Source: Victivallaceae bacterium (GTDB taxonomy: Bacteria; Verrucomicrobiota; Lentisphaeria; Victivallales; Victivallaceae). Taken from it: DNA of 64,000 nucleotides. The notes under the pieces were generated by a model that saw only the letters and a program-made list of their open reading frames with translations, searched no databases and was not told the DNA's origin. Positions 17,622-25,462 of the stretch are shown here, in pieces. The stretch lies in assembly GCA_045534015.1 (NCBI GenBank), contig JAZSIZ010000060.1, positions 372 to 64,371 on the forward strand, written 5' to 3'. The number at the start of each line of letters is the position of its first letter. Position 1 is the stretch's first letter. Position numbers and translations under genes: made by a program.

Positions 17622-18716
17622 TTACAGAATCTTTTTCAAAACTTTTTTCAAACCTTTGGCAATAAAGTAAAATCCCAGATCAGTTTGATGGATGCCGTCA
17701 ACGGAAAATTCGTGCCAGTCTTTTCCGGCGATTTTGCCGCCGTTGATGAAATAAAGATTTTTGTCCCCAGCCTTGCGCAGACGGCGGATAAGTCCCTGCT
17801 GGAAGCGGACGGATGCCGCCTGTTTCGGAGCCTGTATTTCCGGAGAGCCGGATATGGGGATCTCTCTATTCATTCTGACACTGGACATGACCAGAATCGG
17901 AGTTTCCGGATTTTTCTTCCGGAGAATGCTGATGAAATTTTCCAGAGTCTCCCGTATGCCTTCAGCTTGAGCGTTGGGTTCATAATCCAGAATGAATGCT
18001 GCCGGATTTTCGATTTTTGTCAGATATTCAGCCACGACCGGTTCGCCTCTGCCGCTGCCGGAAAATCCGTAATTCAGCACCGGCTGATTGAAATATCTGG
18101 AAAGGATCGCTGTATAAGCCATCCCCGGGCGGGATGCACATCCTCCTTGCGTGATGCTGGTTCCGTAAACGATGATCGGCTGTTCACTGGCAAAGGGGGC
18201 AGGGGGGAGGATTTGGGCATCCTCATCGATGCCGATTTCCAGAGAAAGCACACCGCTGTACAACGGCATGTTGATGGTATAGTTTTCCATTTTACCGGAT
18301 AATTCAAAGGTGTGCAGCGCACTGGTGTACTCATCGCTGCCGGCTTTACTGCGGCTGCCGCCGAGCATGGCAGCTTTACCCGGTTCGCCGATGTAGAGGT
18401 CAAAACCGCAGCCGCCGGTATCTGGCATGTGATCGGCGTGGCTGGATTCGTGCAGCTTTACTCTGATCCAGAGTCTTCTGGTGTTGCTGCGGAAATCCAG
18501 TCTGCCGCCTGAAGTATGATATGCCTGTACCTCAACTCCATGTGGCAAATCCTGCGTCAGCGGAAAACGGCGCAGAGTTTTTCCCGGTTCATGAAAGACA
18601 AATCCGGTCAGACGGATCGGGGGGGTATCAAAGGGGATGAATTTAAGCCCGTCCTGTGATTTATTCGGCACAGCCATTGCCGGATCGAATTTTGCGGCAG
18701 AATTATTCATGGTCAT
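17622..18716 (-). CDS. SGNH/GDSL hydrolase with GxDLY-type N-terminal domain (carbohydrate esterase-like)
   Basis: GFDLY motif in the N-terminal beta-domain. Block I is VYGTSITQGG (Ser nucleophile). Block V is DGIHQTD (Asp-x-x-His). Confidence 0.65.
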   Translation of the reverse strand: MTMNNSAAKFDPAMAVPNKSQDGLKFIPFDTPPIRLTGFVFHEPGKTLRRFPLTQDLPHGVEVQAYHTSGGRLDFRSNTRRLWIRVKLHESSHADHMPDTGGCGFDLYIGEPGKAAMLGGSRSKAGSDEYTSALHTFELSGKMENYTINMPLYSGVLSLEIGIDEDAQILPPAPFASEQPIIVYGTSITQGGCASRPGMAYTAILSRYFNQPVLNYGFSGSGRGEPVVAEYLTKIENPAAFILDYEPNAQAEGIRETLENFISILRKKNPETPILVMSSVRMNREIPISGSPEIQAPKQAASVRFQQGLIRRLRKAGDKNLYFINGGKIAGKDWHEFSVDGIHQTDLGFYFIAKGLKKVLKKIL

Positions 18717-18731
18717 CTTTGCTCCATCTGT

Positions 18732-19280
18732 TTATCCGATTGCCGGAGTGAATATTTTACCATTTTCCAATTCACGTACGCTCAATGTTTCCCCGTCAAA
18801 CCAACCGAATGTACGGATGAGTGTATTTTTCGGCAATGAGATCGAACCCGGATTGAAGATGGTTATACCGTTTGCCAGAACTTTATTCATCGCAATATGG
18901 GTATGCCCATGGGCGAGAATTGAACCGGCAGGCAGATCGGGCAGGTTGTTTTCATTCCACAGATGTCCGTGTGTGAGGAAAAATCTGTGCTTGCAGGCAA
19001 ACAGTTCTGAATAATCCGCCATAATGGGGAAATTGAGCAGCATCTGATCCACTTCGGCATCGCAGTTGCCCCGGACGGCAAGGATCTGATCTTTCCGGGC
19101 GTTCAGCAGTTCCACAACTTCCGGCGGATTGTACAGATCCGGCACCCCGTTACGGGGACCGTGGTAGAGAATATCTCCGAGGATGACCAGCTGATCAGCC
19201 TGTAACGCATCCGCATGGGCAAGAGCTTTTCTTAAAGTAGCCGGCATTCCGTGGATGTCGGATATAAACATTATTTTCAT
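18732..19280 (-). CDS. YfcE-family metallophosphoesterase (Mn-dependent phosphodiesterase type)
   Basis: Contains MFISDIHG, GDILYHGPRN, GNCD and HGH, the calcineurin-like motifs. At 182 aa the size is typical of YfcE/MJ0936. Confidence 0.8.
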   Translation of the reverse strand: MKIMFISDIHGMPATLRKALAHADALQADQLVILGDILYHGPRNGVPDLYNPPEVVELLNARKDQILAVRGNCDAEVDQMLLNFPIMADYSELFACKHRFFLTHGHLWNENNLPDLPAGSILAHGHTHIAMNKVLANGITIFNPGSISLPKNTLIRTFGWFDGETLSVRELENGKIFTPAIG

Positions 19281-19281
19281 T

Positions 19282-19938
19282 TCAGAATACTTCCCTGTTA
19301 TATACTTCTTTATTCAGTTGTTCAAAAAAATCTGCCATGAATGCCGCTTTTTCGACAGCCATTTTTCTGCCTGCTGCTGAACGCATCCGGCGTGGAATAT
19401 AGCGCAGTTTGACCAGATATTCCCGGTAAGCGGTATCTTCTTTGCTGTATGCTTTGGAATTGATCGCTTCATCTTCGGTGTTGTGCAGGCGGGCATTCAC
19501 GTGACCGGCGAAAAGGAATGCTCTGCCGATTCCGACTGCTCCCAGAGAATCAAGTTTATCTGCATCAAAAACCAGATCTGCCTCCAGAGAAGACGGCTCA
19601 TCATTGCTCCGGAAACGGTGGGTTCGTACCGCTTCGGAAACTGCCGTTGTCAAATTTTCCGGAAAACCGTTTTGCCGCATCAGCGGTATAAGCAGTTGTG
19701 CGCCGGTTTTTGCATGGCACACCAAACCTTTACCGGCACTTTCTTCCGGACGGGCTATATCATGGAGCAAAGCGGCGAGCATCACCACTTCTTTATCAGC
19801 TTCCGGATGAAACTTCAACAGAGCTTCAGCATTAGCCATCACCCGCAGAGTGTGGTCAAAATCGTGACAGCTTCCGGAGGTTGACAATCTTGCTTTTACA
19901 TAAGCGTATAAATTTTCGTAATTGCCGTGGTATTCCAT
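19282..19938 (-). CDS. HD-domain metal-dependent phosphohydrolase
   Basis: Contains H...HD (SCHDFDHTLRV, ALLHDIARPE) and a downstream D (FDADKLD). Confidence 0.75.
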   Translation of the reverse strand: MEYHGNYENLYAYVKARLSTSGSCHDFDHTLRVMANAEALLKFHPEADKEVVMLAALLHDIARPEESAGKGLVCHAKTGAQLLIPLMRQNGFPENLTTAVSEAVRTHRFRSNDEPSSLEADLVFDADKLDSLGAVGIGRAFLFAGHVNARLHNTEDEAINSKAYSKEDTAYREYLVKLRYIPRRMRSAAGRKMAVEKAAFMADFFEQLNKEVYNREVF

Positions 19939-20631
19939 TCAGTTGATACTCCTGACCCAGATGAATCTGGCATCATCCATTCGAAGTGAAAGCTGGGTGT
20001 CCATGATCCTTATCCGGATAAGATCGCCGAATGGTGCGATCCCTTCCAGTTCCAGAACAGCCCCGGGAACGATTCCCATATCGGCGAATTTCTTGATTCC
20101 CCGCAAGTTTTCGGAAATATAGACGATTTCCGCCTGATGTTTTTTCTCCAGTTTGTCCAGAGACAGGAGATTTTTGCCCGGTTCCTGATTGATAGCAGGC
20201 ATGGTCTCTGCCAGAAATGCCCGTAATCCGGCGCAATCTTCACGCTGTTCGACAGCTTCGATAAGAGCGGTCATCCGTGAAGTTACCGGTTCGGCAATGA
20301 CATGTTCGATCCGGCAGGCGGTGGCATCGGCTTCAGCCGGATCGACCTTGAGCAGCTGTGAAAGAAAGCGGCACAATGCTTCGTGACGGCGGCGGATGAC
20401 CGCTGCCCGGGCAGAGCCGGTATCGGTCAATCGGACCGGCGTGTGCGGACGGTAGATGATCAGCCCCCTTGCGGCAAGCGACTGGAGGGCATTGGTGACT
20501 GATGGCATGGAAACCCCCAGTTTCCCGGCTATATCCTTTGTATGTGCATGTTCATTTTCTTCGAGGATCTCTGCGATGGCTTCAAGATAATCTTCCAGAC
20601 TGCTGGATATTGGCAAATGGTTTTTCGGCAT
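19939..20631 (-). CDS. DtxR/MntR-family metal-dependent regulator fused to a FeoA-like domain
   Basis: Contains EDYLEAIAEI..., a winged-helix domain, a dimerisation domain, and a C-terminal FeoA/SH3-like segment (MGIVPGAVLELEGIAPFGDLIRIRI). Confidence 0.8.
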   Translation of the reverse strand: MPKNHLPISSSLEDYLEAIAEILEENEHAHTKDIAGKLGVSMPSVTNALQSLAARGLIIYRPHTPVRLTDTGSARAAVIRRRHEALCRFLSQLLKVDPAEADATACRIEHVIAEPVTSRMTALIEAVEQREDCAGLRAFLAETMPAINQEPGKNLLSLDKLEKKHQAEIVYISENLRGIKKFADMGIVPGAVLELEGIAPFGDLIRIRIMDTQLSLRMDDARFIWVRSIN

Positions 20632-20678
20632 ACTGGTGTTCCTGTATTGGCAGAGCAGATTTTTTTGCTCCGCATTGC

Positions 20679-20693
20679 TGTTATAACTTAACA
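20679..20693. promoter_or_regulatory. Inverted repeat TGTTA-N5-TAACA at the predicted transcription start of the DtxR-like gene (candidate operator)
   Basis: tgttataacttaaca has 5-bp arms. It begins about 7 nt downstream of the predicted -10. Confidence 0.3.
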
Positions 20694-20699
20694 GTGTCT

Positions 20700-20728
20700 A
20701 ATATACCATGCCGGAAAGCTTTTTGCAA
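20700..20728 (-). promoter_or_regulatory. Putative promoter of the DtxR-headed operon (TTGCAA, 17 nt, TATATT)
   Basis: The reverse complement reads ttgcaa aaagctttccggcatgg tatatt. Confidence 0.45.
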
Positions 20729-20732
20729 GCCG

Positions 20733-21770
20733 TCAAAGCGGCATTATGCACAGCGGACGGGGCATTTTCATTACAAAACCATTGGGCGTGAGTGTTCCGG
20801 TGGTGTTGTCGAAGTCGAAATAGCGAACTTCATCGGAAAACTCATTGGCGGCGGCAAAGAAATTTTTCCCGATGAAATTGACATCCCGCGGACTGCTTCC
20901 TCCGGAAAGTGTCAGTGCCGCAGGAAAAAGTCCTCCCTTGCCGTCAAGCTCGACAGTTGCCAGTGAATCGAATCCCCGGTTTGTACAGATGATGAAATCC
21001 CTGCCGGCTGAAAAACGCAGAGCCGAGGCTTTGAAGGGTTTTTGCGCTCCCCGGGGAAGCAAATAGAGTTCTTCCTGCGGGAGCAGTCTGCCGTTATCCC
21101 AGTGAAAAGAGAGCAGACAGTTGCCCAGTTCTGTAATTACATAGACAATGGTGTTTTCCTCATCAAAGAGGATGTGGCGCGGACCGCATCCGGCTTCAAG
21201 CTCGTTGATTACCGGAGAATCGGCGTCTATACCGTTTTGCTCATCAAAGGCATAGCAGTATATACGGTCGTTGCCCAGATCGGCAACGGAGAGGAATTTT
21301 CCATCCGGAGAAAAGACGCAGCAGTGCGGGTGCGGCATCTCCTGACGGACTTTGTCCGGACCGGTGCCGTGATGCTGAATGATCCGGCTCCGGGCGGCGA
21401 TTGAACCATCCGGAGCAAGGCGGTATTCGGAAAATGTGCCGGAAAAGTAGTTCGCTGAATAGAGAAAATTCCGGCAGGGGGAAGCTGTCAGATGGCAGGT
21501 CGATATGCCTCCGGATGGGACGATGTTCCCGAGCGGGGAAAGTTTGCCGTTTTCTGTGATGGCAAAAGCGGCAACTGCGTCAAATTCATCATTTTCACTG
21601 CAAGTTGCATAAAGGATTTCTTTTTTCTTATCAAACGCCAGATAACCGGCTCCGGTCAGCGGAACGGATGAGATTATTGATGGAGTACCGTTTTCAGACA
21701 TCATGCAGGTGTGTATGCCGCCTTTTCCCGGAACCCTGTGAAATGAGGAAATAAAAAAAGTCTGTGTCAT
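20733..21770 (-). CDS. Lactonase, 7-bladed beta-propeller family (6-phosphogluconolactonase-like)
   Basis: Repeated propeller blades and a GPRHILFD motif. ATG at 21770 is preceded by GGAG, and the tracked ORF starts at 21812. Confidence 0.7.
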   Translation of the reverse strand: MTQTFFISSFHRVPGKGGIHTCMMSENGTPSIISSVPLTGAGYLAFDKKKEILYATCSENDEFDAVAAFAITENGKLSPLGNIVPSGGISTCHLTASPCRNFLYSANYFSGTFSEYRLAPDGSIAARSRIIQHHGTGPDKVRQEMPHPHCCVFSPDGKFLSVADLGNDRIYCYAFDEQNGIDADSPVINELEAGCGPRHILFDEENTIVYVITELGNCLLSFHWDNGRLLPQEELYLLPRGAQKPFKASALRFSAGRDFIICTNRGFDSLATVELDGKGGLFPAALTLSGGSSPRDVNFIGKNFFAAANEFSDEVRYFDFDNTTGTLTPNGFVMKMPRPLCIMPL

Positions 21771-21875
21771 TGTGAAAATTCTCCATACATTTGAAATTAT
21801 CGTCACTGTCAATGCAAAATAACCTGTCTTCGGAGTTTTTTCAAGGAGATAACGCGGTAAATATCATGTTTTTTA

Positions 21876-21904
21876 TTGAAAAATTGAAGAAATCGGATTA
21901 TATT
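21876..21904 (+). promoter_or_regulatory. Putative panD promoter (TTGAAA, 17 nt, TATATT)
   Basis: Reads ttgaaa aattgaagaaatcggat tatatt. Confidence 0.45.
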
Positions 21905-21950
21905 ATAACCCGTCGAGAAACAATTGTATTTCATGGGAGAGCAGAAAATC

Positions 21951-22310
21951 ATGTTCAGACAGATGTTGAGCGGCAAGATCCATACCGCCAGAATCACCCG
22001 TTGTGTTGTGGATTATGAGGGAAGTTTGGAAATTGATCCGGAACTTTTGAAAGAAGCAAATATCATGCCGTATGAAAAGATTCTGGTCGCCAATCGCAAC
22101 AATGGTTCCCGTCTGGAAACTTATGCAATTCCGGGGAAAGCCGGAAGCCGGGATTTCTGTTTGAATGGTCCTGCTGCAAAACTCGGCAATGTCGGTGATG
22201 TGGTCACGATCATGGCTTTTGCTGTGGTTGATGATGCCGGATGTGCAGCCCATCGCCCCACGGTCATCGTACTGGATGAGAATAATCAGATCGCCCATCG
22301 CCATAACTGA
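21951..22310 (+). CDS. panD: Aspartate 1-decarboxylase (pyruvoyl-dependent)
   Basis: MFRQMLSGKIHTARITRCVVDYEGSLEID contains the self-cleavage Gly-Ser in the YEGS context. About 119 aa counted from the ATG at 21951. Confidence 0.9.
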   Translation: MFRQMLSGKIHTARITRCVVDYEGSLEIDPELLKEANIMPYEKILVANRNNGSRLETYAIPGKAGSRDFCLNGPAAKLGNVGDVVTIMAFAVVDDAGCAAHRPTVIVLDENNQIAHRHN

Positions 22311-22330
22311 TTTTTGCGGAAAAGTGCCAT

Positions 22331-22681
22331 ATGCATTGTGACACGTTGATCATGGTGAACAATCTGGATGTGTGCCGCTACTTTTACCGCCGCACACTCC
22401 GCCTCGGAGAACCGGTCATTGACAGTAATGATATTGCTGTGTTTATGACTGGTGACGGCAGCCGGGTTATCCTTGAAAGGAATCCCGGAAAATATCTTGA
22501 ACATGGTTCAGCTGCCTGCCGTCTGGTTTTACACGTGGATAATGCTGAAGAATTTGCCGCATATCTGGAAGGCGAGGGCATAACGGTGGAGCCGGCTTTG
22601 TCTTTGCTTTTCAATAACTTCGGACGGATCTCCGACCCCGAGGGCAATGTGATTTTGTTGTGCAGCACCGGGGCATTGTGA
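22331..22681 (+). CDS. VOC/glyoxalase-bleomycin-resistance fold protein
   Basis: 116 aa with a beta-alpha-beta-beta-beta pattern. The ending DPEGNVILL is typical of VOC proteins. Confidence 0.55.
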   Translation: MHCDTLIMVNNLDVCRYFYRRTLRLGEPVIDSNDIAVFMTGDGSRVILERNPGKYLEHGSAACRLVLHVDNAEEFAAYLEGEGITVEPALSLLFNNFGRISDPEGNVILLCSTGAL

Positions 22682-22746
22682 CCGGTTGCGGGCAAAGAGA
22701 ATGCCGGATATTTCCGGATCATTGTGCGATGTCCCTGAAAAGTAAA

Positions 22747-22782
22747 CCGGCACCGCCTGCCGGAATGATCTTTTTCTTTTTT
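22747..22782 (+). terminator. Possible terminator after the panD-VOC pair
   Basis: ccggca ccgcc tgccgg hairpin, then a T-rich tract (tttttctttttt) starting 7 nt later. Confidence 0.4.
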
Positions 22783-22810
22783 GTTGTACAACAGACCATG
22801 CCGGGCGGAT

Positions 22811-22836
22811 AAAAAAAGCGGACGGACAATGCCCGC
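22811..22836 (-). terminator. Rho-independent terminator after the 185-aa lipoprotein gene
   Basis: Minus-strand RNA gcgggc-auugucc-guccgc forms 6 bp (one G-U) and is followed directly by uuuuuuu. It lies 32 nt past the stop. Confidence 0.6.
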
Positions 22837-22867
22837 CCGGAAAAACAGATGATTTTGCGGTGTGGTT

Positions 22868-23425
22868 TCAAAGCCCCACGATCTCCACATGCTCAATGAG
22901 TTTGTCTTCACCAATGTCATATGTTACAGTGCCGTTATATTTTGAGCCGTCACTTAAGGTTACAGTGTAGTTGTAAATGTTGTTCCCTGTGTGAGTGGCA
23001 GTGACATTGGAAATGGGTCTGTTGTCCCGGCTCTGTTTTTCCGACCTGACTTTTTCAGCGACATAAACTTCCAGCAGCCGGTCAATTTCCTCTCCTGAAA
23101 TCTTCCAATAAATATCTTCGCCGTTATAAGTGGCATTTGCAATGACAGAAATTGTCTTGCCGCCGCATAAGAATGTTACATGGAGCATATAAAAATCTCC
23201 GTCGGAAGCGGTGATGTTGACATCGACAACCTTGGTTTTTTTCTCCCATGGGGCGGAACTTTGCTGTGAAAAATTACGCTCTATGGATGATTTGAATTTG
23301 CGTTCAATATCAGCTTCACTTTCCAGAAATTTTCCACAACCTCCGGAAAGTACCGCAGCAAGTGTAAATACTGCCATGATCGTTGTGAAAACTTTGCCGT
23401 TATTCAGTAAATTTTTTGCGGACAT
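22868..23425 (-). CDS. Hypothetical lipoprotein
   Basis: Lipobox-like signal AAVLSGGCGK and a GGAG RBS. No recognisable domain. Confidence 0.5.
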   Translation of the reverse strand: MSAKNLLNNGKVFTTIMAVFTLAAVLSGGCGKFLESEADIERKFKSSIERNFSQQSSAPWEKKTKVVDVNITASDGDFYMLHVTFLCGGKTISVIANATYNGEDIYWKISGEEIDRLLEVYVAEKVRSEKQSRDNRPISNVTATHTGNNIYNYTVTLSDGSKYNGTVTYDIGEDKLIEHVEIVGL

Positions 23426-23540
23426 AGCTGCTCTCCTTTTTTATGCTTTTTTGTTATGGCTGTGAATAATATATACTTGAATACAGTAAAAAACAATATC
23501 GTAAAAAAAATTTTTACAGATTTTATTATTTTGCAGGGGC

Positions 23541-23575
23541 GGTGAAAATTATTTTTTTAAACTTGCATTTTCACC
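23541..23575. promoter_or_regulatory. 9-bp perfect inverted repeat bracketing the -35 box of the parE promoter
   Basis: ggtgaaaat (23541-23549) and attttcacc (23567-23575) are separated by 17 nt. Confidence 0.3.
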
Positions 23576-23591
23576 AAAGTGGTGTTATATT
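23563..23591 (+). promoter_or_regulatory. Putative parE-parC promoter (TTGCAT, 17 nt, TATATT)
   Basis: Reads ttgcat tttcaccaaagtggtgt tatatt. The -10 lies downstream of the tracked GTG at 23579, which argues for the ATG at 23612. Confidence 0.45.
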
Positions 23592-23611
23592 TTCCAAAAT
23601 ATATTTATACA

Positions 23612-25462
23612 ATGCAGAAAGAAAACATGTCCGAAGAAGAAAAAGTACCTGTTGTCACCTATAATGAAGATGACATAAAAACCCTTTCACACCTTGAACA
23701 TATCCGGTTGCGCCCGGGAATGTATATCGGGCGTCTGGGAAATGGTTCTCATCAGGATGACGGCATCTACATACTGCTCAAGGAAATCATCGATAATGCC
23801 ATTGACGAATTCATAATGGGGTGCGGCAAGCGTATCGAAGTGACGGTGGATGTTGAATCCGGTAAAGTCACAGTCCGTGACTACGGACGCGGTATCCCGT
23901 TGGAAAAACTTGTCGATTGTGTTTCACTCATGAATACCGGTGGAAAATACAATTCAGATGCTTTTCAATACTCTATCGGAATGAATGGTGTGGGAACTAA
24001 AGCAGCCAATGCATTGTCGGTGTTTTTTAAGGCACGCAGTATCCGTGACGGTAAATTCCGTGAAGCAGAATTCTGCCGGGGAGAGATCACCGGGGATAAA
24101 AGCGGAGAAACTGAAGAGCGTAACGGTACTTATATTGAATTTATTCCCGATCCTGAAAAATTTCCGGATTACAAATTCAAACTGGACTACGTTGAAAAGC
24201 GTATCTGGATGTATGCATATTTGAATGTCGGATTGTATCTCTATCTCAATGGTGAAAAATATTATTCTGCCAAAGGGTTGAGTGATCTGCTGGAAACCGA
24301 GACCGGCGATGAGCGGCTTTATGACATCATTTACTTCCGCAGTAAACAATTGGAATTTGCGCTCACACACAGCGACAATTATGAGACCAATTACTCCTTT
24401 GTCAATGGTCAGTACACCAGTGACGGCGGTACTCATTTGTCCGCATTCAAGGAAGGGGTATTAAAGGGGATCAATGAGTATTCCGGCAAAAGTTTCAAAG
24501 CTGATGCCATCCGTGATGGCATGATCGGAGCAATTGCCGTAAAAGTCAAAGAACCGGTTTTTGAATCGCAGACCAAAAACAAACTGGGCAACACTGATGT
24601 ACGCGGACCGATTGTTTCTGCAGTGAGTGCGGCTGTGGCGGATTTTCTGCACAAGCATAAAGAGACCGCCGAAGTGGTCATTGACAAGGTGAACCGCAAC
24701 GAGCAGTTCCATAAACAGACTCAGGAAGCTAAAAAGAAGTTCAGGGAAACCGCCCAGAAGACCAGATTGCGCATCCCGAAACTCAAGGATTGCAAATACC
24801 ATATCGGTGACAAATGGCCGAGAAAAGTCGAACCCAAGGAAACGATGATTTTCCTTACCGAGGGTGATTCTGCCGCCGGTTCTCTGGAAAAGAAGCGTGA
24901 TGTGGATAATCAGGCTATATTCGCACTGCGTGGTAAACCGAAAAATGCTTATGGCGAAACGATCGAGATGATCTATAAAAATGAGGAACTGACCTTTCTC
25001 ATGCAGGCGCTGGGCGTGGAAGATTCTACCGAGAATCTGCGTTATGACAAAATCATTCTCGCCACCGATGCTGATGTTGACGGACTGCATATCCGCAATC
25101 TGCTGTTGACATTCTTCCTTTCATTTTTCAGCGAACTGGTGCTTTCCGGACATCTTTATGTGTTGGAAACTCCGCTTTTCCGGGTAAAAAAGGGCAGGGA
25201 TGTCTACTATTGTTATAATGAAGCAGAAAGAGACAGAACAGCCGCAAGTCTCGGCAAATGTGAAATAACCCGTTTCAAAGGTCTCGGTGAGATTTCTCCG
25301 GATGACTTCGGCGAATTCATCGGCGAAAACATGCGTCTGTCACCGGTCACTCTGGATAATATGCACGGCGTAAATGAGGTGCTTAAATTTTATATGGGTG
25401 ACAACACCCCGGAGCGCAAAGAATATATCATGAACAATCTGGAGGTCGTGGACTATGAGTGA
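23612..25462 (+). CDS. parE: Type IIA topoisomerase subunit B (topoisomerase IV ParE-like; GyrB not excluded)
   Basis: GHKL ATPase motifs (EIIDNAIDE, GRGIP, GMNGVG), a TOPRIM domain (EGDSAAGS) and PLRGK-like ALRGKP. It lacks the long GyrB insertion. It overlaps the next gene by 8 nt. Confidence 0.85.
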   Translation: MQKENMSEEEKVPVVTYNEDDIKTLSHLEHIRLRPGMYIGRLGNGSHQDDGIYILLKEIIDNAIDEFIMGCGKRIEVTVDVESGKVTVRDYGRGIPLEKLVDCVSLMNTGGKYNSDAFQYSIGMNGVGTKAANALSVFFKARSIRDGKFREAEFCRGEITGDKSGETEERNGTYIEFIPDPEKFPDYKFKLDYVEKRIWMYAYLNVGLYLYLNGEKYYSAKGLSDLLETETGDERLYDIIYFRSKQLEFALTHSDNYETNYSFVNGQYTSDGGTHLSAFKEGVLKGINEYSGKSFKADAIRDGMIGAIAVKVKEPVFESQTKNKLGNTDVRGPIVSAVSAAVADFLHKHKETAEVVIDKVNRNEQFHKQTQEAKKKFRETAQKTRLRIPKLKDCKYHIGDKWPRKVEPKETMIFLTEGDSAAGSLEKKRDVDNQAIFALRGKPKNAYGETIEMIYKNEELTFLMQALGVEDSTENLRYDKIILATDADVDGLHIRNLLLTFFLSFFSELVLSGHLYVLETPLFRVKKGRDVYYCYNEAERDRTAASLGKCEITRFKGLGEISPDDFGEFIGENMRLSPVTLDNMHGVNEVLKFYMGDNTPERKEYIMNNLEVVDYE

